From Gemmatimonadota bacterium (lineage in GTDB: Bacteria > Gemmatimonadota > Gemmatimonadetes > Gemmatimonadales > GWC2-71-9), in contig JBDHIS010000004.1 in NCBI GenBank assembly GCA_039587315.1, positions 32,144-96,143 on the forward strand: 64,000 nt of DNA, written 5' to 3'. Under the pieces are notes generated by a model. That model did no database searches and was not told where the DNA came from. It was given only the letters and a program-made list of their open reading frames with translations. Positions 49,774 to 57,079 of this stretch are shown here, in pieces (positions within the stretch are counted from its first letter, which is position 1; every line of letters starts with the position of its first letter). The translations under genes were made by a program, and so were the position numbers.

Positions 49774-51480
49774 CTAGCGGTCCAGCTCGACCACGAGCCC
49801 GGCTTCGCGTGCGGCGTACACCGTAACTGACGGAAGCCAGCGCTCGCCGAAGTTGGCCTGTAACTCCACCTGAACGAACGGGAACTCCGATGCCGGCGCG
49901 GCGCCGAGGGCGCCGCTTCCGGCGACGTCGATGGTGCGCTGCGCCGTCTCGATCCATTCCGTGCGGCCTGCTCGGTCTCGCTCCGGAGTCACCGCCGCGA
50001 CGCGGTAGCGGTACCGTGGAGTCTGACCCGGGTAGATGTCTCGCTCCGAGCCGAGATCGTGGAACCGCAGGATCCCGTCCTCGTAGCGGAAGAAGTCCAG
50101 CGGGGAGGCGCGGTCGAAGAAGTACCGGGCGATCCTGTCGCGGCGCTCGGCCAGCGTGCGCGCGATGTAGCGCGCCGCCTCCGTGTTCGGGTACTTCCCC
50201 TCGGCAACTGCGGCCTCGATGTGCGCGTCGGTGAAAGCGGAGATGATCTTGGCCGCCCAGTAGCCGTCCCGGTTGGTGAAGTTGGCGAACGCGGTGTTGG
50301 GCTCCAGCGGCTTGAATGCCATCGGATGGAACTTGCTGCTCTCGAAGTAGCCCAGCTGTTCCAGCCCCTGGGGCGGCGCCAGCTCCCGCCACAGATCCTG
50401 CTTCACTCCAAGTGAGATAGCGCGCCCGAAGGAGCGAATGAGATCGAGGGTGTACTCATGGCAGGCCATCGGGAACGGACCGAGAGCCGCCGACCCTAGA
50501 CTGCTTGCGAAGTCTATGAGGTAGTGTCGCAAGAAGCGGCGGCCATCCTCCTCGACGTACATGTCGAGGGTGTTGCCCTGCTTGGTGTCGAAGTGACACA
50601 CCCATGCGGAGAAGATCCGCAGGCCGCGCAGCTCGCGCCGATCCTCGTGCTTCACGAGGTCGTTGGGATCGTCTCCGCGTCGGCCCTTCCAGTCGAACGG
50701 TCCCATCCATTCGCCGCCCAGGCGCCGGCTCGCGAGCGCGCGCCATGAGCCGTCCGGCAGACGCTCGACGCGGGAGAGCACGCTGTCGAGGTCCACGACC
50801 GTCATGATGCGCTCGCGCCCCTCCGCATCCGTGAACTCCACGCTGTCAGCCAACACCAGCTGTCTGCGCTCAAAGGTCGAGACGACGTCCTCCGGGACGT
50901 TGTAGCCGGCTGCATGGAACAGCCGGCCCGATATGACGCCCGCCGCCGTCGTAGTGCCGAAGAAACCGGGCGGGTCGAACTTGATGAAGTAGGTGTCGCC
51001 CCTGCCGTCCTCGATGGTGAAGCCGGGGGTCACTCCTTCCGTCTTCGCACCGACGACGGTCCACGGGCTCGTCGTGTCGGGGCCTGGTCTGGTGAGCGGC
51101 CCGCGCGCCGCCGCCTGGGGTGACATCGGGAAGAGCCCGATGCGGTTCGTGAACCAGGTCGAGTTGGGGACCTCGTCCAGGCTGTTGATGTTCCGGGCGG
51201 GTCCCGCCTGGTCGCCACCGAACCAGGCTCCGACTCCGCGCACGAGGCGAGCTGGATCGAACATCCGGCCGATCGGCCGGTTGATCGAAGCATCCACGCC
51301 GGAACGGAGGATGTTGGGGTCGCGGGGAGCGGGGGGCTCGATGTCGCGCCTGTCGTCGGCGTGCCACACGACCGGACCGTCCCCGAGCGGCGGCTCCCCG
51401 GCGTACGCCGCGATCCCGGCGCCGACACAGAGGGCGATGGCTAGCCCCCGCCTACCGCGGCGGTACCGGGTCCTTGCCAT
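49774..51480 (-). CDS. Exported protein with atypical (HipA/PI3K-like) kinase motifs, unknown function
   Basis: Arg-rich n-region plus hydrophobic signal; KTEGVTPGF..DGRGDTYFIKFD (G-loop and beta3 Lys), RLFHAAGYNVP, HFDTKQGN (catalytic-loop-like), YLIDFASSLG (DFG-like). Confidence 0.7.
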   Translation of the reverse strand: MARTRYRRGRRGLAIALCVGAGIAAYAGEPPLGDGPVVWHADDRRDIEPPAPRDPNILRSGVDASINRPIGRMFDPARLVRGVGAWFGGDQAGPARNINSLDEVPNSTWFTNRIGLFPMSPQAAARGPLTRPGPDTTSPWTVVGAKTEGVTPGFTIEDGRGDTYFIKFDPPGFFGTTTAAGVISGRLFHAAGYNVPEDVVSTFERRQLVLADSVEFTDAEGRERIMTVVDLDSVLSRVERLPDGSWRALASRRLGGEWMGPFDWKGRRGDDPNDLVKHEDRRELRGLRIFSAWVCHFDTKQGNTLDMYVEEDGRRFLRHYLIDFASSLGSAALGPFPMACHEYTLDLIRSFGRAISLGVKQDLWRELAPPQGLEQLGYFESSKFHPMAFKPLEPNTAFANFTNRDGYWAAKIISAFTDAHIEAAVAEGKYPNTEAARYIARTLAERRDRIARYFFDRASPLDFFRYEDGILRFHDLGSERDIYPGQTPRYRYRVAAVTPERDRAGRTEWIETAQRTIDVAGSGALGAAPASEFPFVQVELQANFGERWLPSVTVYAAREAGLVVELDR

Positions 51481-52858
51481 GGAACAGTCCTTTGGTCCAT
51501 TGGAAGATCTGCTCGCTCTTCATGCGGAACACGGAGCCCTCGCCGCTGCGCGCCCACTCGAACCGCAGCACGAAGCCCGACCCGCTCACGAGACGGATGC
51601 CCAGCCCGTAGGAGAGAGTGAGGTTGTCGAAGCTGAGCTTGTTGAAGCTGTCGAACACCTGCCCCACGTCGCCGAGTACGTACATGTCGAGACCGGGTCC
51701 TGCGGCGCGCTGGAACACCCACAGCGGCCAGCGATACTCGACGCTCAGCACTGCGAGACCCCGGTCGCGCCACCGGAAGTCATTGAAGCCGCGCAGCAGG
51801 TCGGGATCGTCGTTGGTGAGCATGCGCTGGAACGGGATCTCGCCGTCTCCGGCGCGCTGAATCCACGAAACGTAGCCGCGCAAGGCGAGAGTGTGATGCT
51901 CGTACCAGAAGGGGACGAATTGCTGCAACTCCCCTCTGAAGGTCCAGAGGTCGGCCTCGCCGCTGTTGGTCGCGATCATGTACGATGCGCGCAGCTGCCT
52001 AAGTCCGCCACGAGTGGGACGCCCGGTTGGCAGCCCGTCCGACTGACCCAGGAGAAGCTCAAGGCTCAGGCCTTCCGACCGCTCGCCGAATCCGGGCGGC
52101 ACGTCATCGGGGAACTGCTCGGGGAGGGACGGCTCGAAGTCGTCGTCCGGCAGGCCGGCGGCAACACCCGAGTAGAGGAACTTGCCGCGGAGGGCGAATC
52201 CGGAACCGAAGTCCCCGCGGTAGCTGAGTCCTGCCCAGGTGAGCTTCTGACGGTAGAAAGACTCGTCGAAGACGCTGCTGTTCGGTCCGATGCCGAAGTA
52301 ACGCGCGTTCGCCCTGTCCCGGAATCCCGCTCCTAGTACAATGCTGCCACGTCTGCCCGCGGGCGCGCGCGCCCCGAAAGTGATGCGCTGGTCGCCGTTC
52401 ACGGTGGCGTAGCCGCGCAGGCGCATCTGGACGCCCGGAAAGCCGACGTCGTTCAACTGAATCGCGAGACCGCCGCCGAACCCCGACAGGCCGCCGGCAT
52501 TGATGGCCGGCATGAGCTGGATGTTTCCCGGGGGACGGAAGAAGATGTTGAGGATTCGGGTTTCATCGGTCCACTGCACCGCCGCGAGCATCCCGTCCCC
52601 AACGAGCTTCACGGGGTAGGTGAAGAACCTGAAGGGAACTACGAGGATGCCCTCCCACACCGGCATCGCGGGGTCGCGGAACCGAGCCGTGGTCGAGCCG
52701 CTGGCCGTGGGGATCTCGCCCCAGTAACTTGCGCCGACCCCATCGGCAACGGAGTCGGCGCGGGCGTGAGGCTCTTGCGCCACTGCGGTGCCGGCCGGGA
52801 GGGACACGAGCACCGCGGCGATTATCGGGAGGCCGGACCCACGAAGCGCAGCGGCCAC
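51452..52858 (-). CDS. Omp85/BamA-TamA family outer-membrane beta-barrel without POTRA domains
   Basis: Signal peptide ending AVA-QE, barrel strands, LLRGFNDFRWRD (VRGF/Y lid motif), SVEYRWP, GDVGQV, SYGLGIR; overlaps the downstream gene by 29 nt. Confidence 0.82.
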   Translation of the reverse strand: MAAALRGSGLPIIAAVLVSLPAGTAVAQEPHARADSVADGVGASYWGEIPTASGSTTARFRDPAMPVWEGILVVPFRFFTYPVKLVGDGMLAAVQWTDETRILNIFFRPPGNIQLMPAINAGGLSGFGGGLAIQLNDVGFPGVQMRLRGYATVNGDQRITFGARAPAGRRGSIVLGAGFRDRANARYFGIGPNSSVFDESFYRQKLTWAGLSYRGDFGSGFALRGKFLYSGVAAGLPDDDFEPSLPEQFPDDVPPGFGERSEGLSLELLLGQSDGLPTGRPTRGGLRQLRASYMIATNSGEADLWTFRGELQQFVPFWYEHHTLALRGYVSWIQRAGDGEIPFQRMLTNDDPDLLRGFNDFRWRDRGLAVLSVEYRWPLWVFQRAAGPGLDMYVLGDVGQVFDSFNKLSFDNLTLSYGLGIRLVSGSGFVLRFEWARSGEGSVFRMKSEQIFQWTKGLFHGKDPVPPR

Positions 52859-52869
52859 CCGCGCCCTCC

Positions 52870-54294
52870 TTACTCGATCTCGAACACGACGAACCTGAGC
52901 TGGCCCCTGCGGTCCACGTGCAGTACGACCGGGTCGCCGCGCTGGAGTTGGCGCAGTGCCTGCGAGAGTTGCCCGATCGAAGTGATGTCCTGGCCGTTGA
53001 CAGCGTGGATTACGTCAGCCACCGCAAGTCCGGTCGCGACCGTTGGGACGCCAGCAGCCTGGGCCACCACTGCGATGCCGCCTTGGCGCCTCAGCCACGG
53101 CAGCATCGCGGCGATGTCCTCATCCACTTCGACCACTAGGATGCCGAGCTCGCGCACGAGGTTGCGCTCCTGTCCCACCACGTCGGCAAATGCGCTGGGG
53201 TCGTTGGCGCGCTCGACCACCGCTACGTCCATGTTCAAGCGGTTCAGCCCGCGGCGCACGTCGAGGGTGACCACGTCGTTCACGCGCCGCTGATACACGT
53301 TTACGTTGAACTGGCGAGCGTTCTCCATCGGCTTGCCGTTGAGCGAGACGATCACGTCGCCCACCTGTATGCCTGCTTGAGCGGCCGGGGAGCGCGGGTA
53401 CACGTCGGAAACCACAACGCCCCAGTTCCGCGTGAGTCTGAGGCCGTGAGCGAGCCGCGGCGTAATGGTCTGGGCGTTGACGCCGATCATTCCGCGGCGC
53501 ACGTGGCCGTTGTCGCGGATCTGCTCCCACACCGCGCGCACGATGTTGCTGGGCGATGCGAAGCCGATTCCCTCGCTACCTCCCGACTGGGACAGGATCA
53601 GCGTGTTGATGCCGATCAGTCGTCCATGCGTGTCGATGAGCGGACCGCCACTGTTGCCGGGGTTGATGGGAGCGTCGGTCTGGATGTATGCCATTGGGTG
53701 GTCATCTGCCAGCTGACGTCCGACAGCGCTCACCACGCCCATTGTCACCGACATCTCGAGTCCGAGCGGGCTCCCGAATGCAAAGACGAGGTTCCCGGGA
53801 CGAACCTCGTCGGAATCTCCCAACTCGAGGTACGGCAGGTCGGTTGCCTCGATCTTGATCAGCGCCAAATCGGTTTCCAGGTCGGTGCCGACGATCACGC
53901 CGTCCACACGGCGCCCGACCGGCTTCACCAGCGAGCGTCCGGGTTGCTCGCCCGACGCGGGCTCGGCGAGCACCACGGACAGCTGCCGCGCGCCTTCCAC
54001 CACGTGGTTGTTGGTGACGATGTAGCCGTCCGCCGACACGATGACGCCCGACCCGCCGCGGCGCTGCCGTCCTATGGCGGGAGCCGCTCCTGCACTCGCC
54101 TGTACCGGCCCGATTGCGGTGACGTAGATCTCGACCACGGAGCGCCCGACCTGATCGGTCATTGCCTCCATGAACTCGCTCAGCTCGACCAATACCGATG
54201 GAGGCGCGGCAGTCTCCTGCGCGTTCGCGGCGGGATTCCATACGAGCGAGGCGAGAACTAGCACCACACCGATGCGGGTGCCTATCCGATTCAT
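52870..54294 (-). CDS. HtrA/DegP-family periplasmic serine protease with two PDZ domains
   Basis: ATG 54294, signal peptide, GSGVI, TNNHV, TDLALIK, QTDAPINPGNSGGPL, PAAQAGIQVGDVI. Confidence 0.95.
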   Translation of the reverse strand: MNRIGTRIGVVLVLASLVWNPAANAQETAAPPSVLVELSEFMEAMTDQVGRSVVEIYVTAIGPVQASAGAAPAIGRQRRGGSGVIVSADGYIVTNNHVVEGARQLSVVLAEPASGEQPGRSLVKPVGRRVDGVIVGTDLETDLALIKIEATDLPYLELGDSDEVRPGNLVFAFGSPLGLEMSVTMGVVSAVGRQLADDHPMAYIQTDAPINPGNSGGPLIDTHGRLIGINTLILSQSGGSEGIGFASPSNIVRAVWEQIRDNGHVRRGMIGVNAQTITPRLAHGLRLTRNWGVVVSDVYPRSPAAQAGIQVGDVIVSLNGKPMENARQFNVNVYQRRVNDVVTLDVRRGLNRLNMDVAVVERANDPSAFADVVGQERNLVRELGILVVEVDEDIAAMLPWLRRQGGIAVVAQAAGVPTVATGLAVADVIHAVNGQDITSIGQLSQALRQLQRGDPVVLHVDRRGQLRFVVFEIE

Positions 54295-54338
54295 GCGACG
54301 ATTCCTTTCCTGACCAGTGATTGTCGCTCCGCTGACCG

Positions 54339-55955
54339 TCAACCGTCCGACACAGCGGGCGCGAGCTCTCCCTTGTCGCAGGGCGCTCTCTCTGCTTTCT
54401 CGGGCAAGTGGGTGTCCCACCAGCGGTGCGCCCGCGTGGTTGTCCACGGCTCGGCAAACCCGATGGACTCCAGACGGCGCGCGAGCTCGTACGCGCCGGC
54501 CGGCCGGTCCTCGGGCAGCTTCTCGAGACACTGGAGCACCAACTCGTCGAGCTCCGGCGGGATCTCCAGTTCCGAACGAGCGGACGGTGGCTCGGGCGTC
54601 TCCGAGATGTGCTTGTGCATCATCTTGAGTGGGTTGTCCGCCTCGAACACGAGCTGCCCCGTGATCAACCAGTACAGTACAGCACCGAGCGCATACACGT
54701 CTACTTGGCCGTCCACCGTGCGCTCTCCCATGGCCATCTCGGGAGCCATGAATGCCGGCGTGCCCGTCGTCATGTGCGGCTGCGTGAGCATGGTGTCTTC
54801 GGGGGCCTGGGCGCCCTTCACGAGCCCGAAATCGAGCACCTTCACGTAGTCTACGGATACGCCCATACGGCACGTATGGATGTTGGACGGCTTGATGTCG
54901 CGGTGTATGAGACCCTTCATGTGGGCTTCTGCGAGCGAATCGCACGCCTGAGCTACCAGCCGTGCGGCGCGCTCCGGCGGGATCGGTCCGTGCTGCTTCA
55001 CGAGGTCCTCGAAGCCCAGCCCGTCCAGCAGCTCCATCACATAGTAGAACGTGCCGTTCTCGGCCACACCGAAATCGTACAGCTCGATCGTGTGCGGTGA
55101 GCGGAGCGTGGCCGCGGCCTGCGCCTCGCGCTTGAACCGCTCGACGGCGACGTGCTGGGTCATCGACGAGCCAGCCCCGAGCACCTCGGGTCGGATGAGC
55201 TTGATGGCGGCCGGGCGCGCCAGCAGGCGATGCTCGGCGTGGTACACCTCGCCCATTCCGCCGCGGCCGATCTGGTCACCCAGCTTGTAGGCGCCGAGCT
55301 GCTTGGCAGCGCGCACCTGGCGTCCCAGCCCGTAGATGATCTTGGCCGGCAGCACGGCCAGGAATGCCGTGAAGTACGTCGGAGCGAACGCGAAGACGGC
55401 CTCGGTGGCGCCCCACGCCACCTCCACGCCGCGCAGCTGCGCGATGGCCAGACCAAGTGGATCCATGGATGCCGCAATGAGCGATGCGATGAGGATCTTG
55501 TGCGGCGTGTTGGGCGCGATGCTGGGATAGACCAGGATGACGATCGTGATCCAGGACAGCTCGTGGGGTGTGATGGGTGGCACCCACATCTGGAGCAGTC
55601 CGATGAGGAAGGCCGTCACGACCTCGAATCCCAATCCGATGTCGAGCAGCAGCTTGGGTCTGTGGTGCAGCCGTCCGGCCACGAACACCATTGCCACAGA
55701 GAGTACCAATCCGGTACCGGCGATCGCGTTGCCCGGCATGGGCCACGGGCGGTCGCTCATGAGCAGCGGCATGTCGATGAACCGCGTGGCCAGGTTTGCC
55801 ATCAGCAGGCCGAACGCCCACAGCGATGCGACCGCCAGGCTGGCGATGCCGACCCGCCTGCACGACTGCGACAGAACCTCGGTGGGCAGCGACATACGCC
55901 CGCTACCCGTGGTGGTCGCGGGGGTGTGGGCCGCGTGCAGGTTCCTGGAGCTCAT
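54339..55955 (-). CDS. Ser/Thr kinase with N-terminal multi-TM sensor domain (paralog of 48160..49764)
   Basis: About 6 TM, LGRQVRAAKQLGAY, GRGGMGEVY, AAIKLI, HRDIKPSN, DFGLVK, GTPAFMAPE. Confidence 0.95.
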   Translation of the reverse strand: MSSRNLHAAHTPATTTGSGRMSLPTEVLSQSCRRVGIASLAVASLWAFGLLMANLATRFIDMPLLMSDRPWPMPGNAIAGTGLVLSVAMVFVAGRLHHRPKLLLDIGLGFEVVTAFLIGLLQMWVPPITPHELSWITIVILVYPSIAPNTPHKILIASLIAASMDPLGLAIAQLRGVEVAWGATEAVFAFAPTYFTAFLAVLPAKIIYGLGRQVRAAKQLGAYKLGDQIGRGGMGEVYHAEHRLLARPAAIKLIRPEVLGAGSSMTQHVAVERFKREAQAAATLRSPHTIELYDFGVAENGTFYYVMELLDGLGFEDLVKQHGPIPPERAARLVAQACDSLAEAHMKGLIHRDIKPSNIHTCRMGVSVDYVKVLDFGLVKGAQAPEDTMLTQPHMTTGTPAFMAPEMAMGERTVDGQVDVYALGAVLYWLITGQLVFEADNPLKMMHKHISETPEPPSARSELEIPPELDELVLQCLEKLPEDRPAGAYELARRLESIGFAEPWTTTRAHRWWDTHLPEKAERAPCDKGELAPAVSDG

Positions 55956-56060
55956 GTCTGCTTCTCTCTCCGGGGATCCGGCCGAACGATTGCGAACATT
56001 ATCATAACGCGTGGCGCAACGGAAAGTTCGCCCGGAGCGAGCGGTGCCGACAGGGCCGGT

Positions 56061-56891
56061 CTATGCCTGCTTGCGCTTGCGGGCGGCCTTCTTGGCCGGC
56101 TTCTGTGCTTCCGTCTCCCCGCTCTTGGCGATGCTCGCCTTGAGGGCCTCCATCAGATCGATGATCTGTGTCTGCGGCTCCTCGGCGGGCGCGGCGGTGA
56201 TCTCCTCGCCCTCGATCTTGCGCTGGATCTGCTCCATCATGCGGTTGCGGACGTCGTCCTGGAAACTCTCCGGCTTGAACTCGTCCGAGGCCGCCTGCTT
56301 CACCAGTTGAACGGCGAGCTGGAGCTCCTCGTCCTTGACCTCTCCCTCGCCGAGCGGGACCTCGGAGAAGGCCCTCAACTCGTCCGCGTAATGGAGCTGC
56401 TCCATCGCGAGCCCGTCACCCATGGGACGCACCAGTACGAGGTACTGTTTTCCGCGCGCGGCGTAGCGTGCCAGCGCGGAGAGCCCGGTCTCCCGCATCG
56501 CCTGACTCAACAGCCGATAGGCGCGCTCCCCGCCCTTGTCGGGGCCGAGATAGTAGATCTTGCTGAGGTATTGTCGCTCGACCTGCTCGGCGGGCACGAA
56601 TTCGGCGATGTCGATCGTCTCGGTGGCCTTCTCTTCGAGTGCTTTGAGCTCGTCGGGGGTGAACAGGACGTATTGGTCCTTGGCGAACTCGTAGCCCTTG
56701 ACCATGTCCTCCCGCTCCACGACCTCTCCATCCTTCTTGCAGACGTACTGCTGCTTGAGACGGGAGCCGCAGTCCCGGTGGACCCAATTGAAGCTGACCT
56801 TCGACTTCGGCTCCGCGGCCGAGTAGAGCTTGATCGGCACGGATACCAGGCCGAAAGAGACGGTTGCGGCTGCTATGGGACGAGCACTCAT
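56061..56891 (-). CDS. ku: Non-homologous end joining protein Ku
   Basis: ATG 56891; SFGLVSVPIKLYSA, VKGYE, YYLGPD..AYRLLSQAM, QIIDLMEALKAS, basic tail. Confidence 0.96.
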   Translation of the reverse strand: MSARPIAAATVSFGLVSVPIKLYSAAEPKSKVSFNWVHRDCGSRLKQQYVCKKDGEVVEREDMVKGYEFAKDQYVLFTPDELKALEEKATETIDIAEFVPAEQVERQYLSKIYYLGPDKGGERAYRLLSQAMRETGLSALARYAARGKQYLVLVRPMGDGLAMEQLHYADELRAFSEVPLGEGEVKDEELQLAVQLVKQAASDEFKPESFQDDVRNRMMEQIQRKIEGEEITAAPAEEPQTQIIDLMEALKASIAKSGETEAQKPAKKAARKRKQA

Positions 56892-57079
56892 GGCGGTGGC
56901 CCCGCGTTCGTGAGGGGCGGTAGAATAAGGACAGCGGGGGCCCGTCGCAAGGCTCGACGCCTGGGCGGACTCCCATATCTGTTTATGGTGCAACTGCTTA
57001 GCTGGTAAGAGATAAACCGTAGTACGGTAGTCCCGTTATTGCCTGTGGCGCTTCCGCGCGGCTATGATTCCCGGCAACC

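Noticed and set aside
33242-57028. Shared 9-mer CCGTACTAC at 33243 and, on the minus strand, in the ku-ligD intergenic palindrome
   Set aside because: A single 9-nt match in 64 kb is not significant without a genome-wide motif test.
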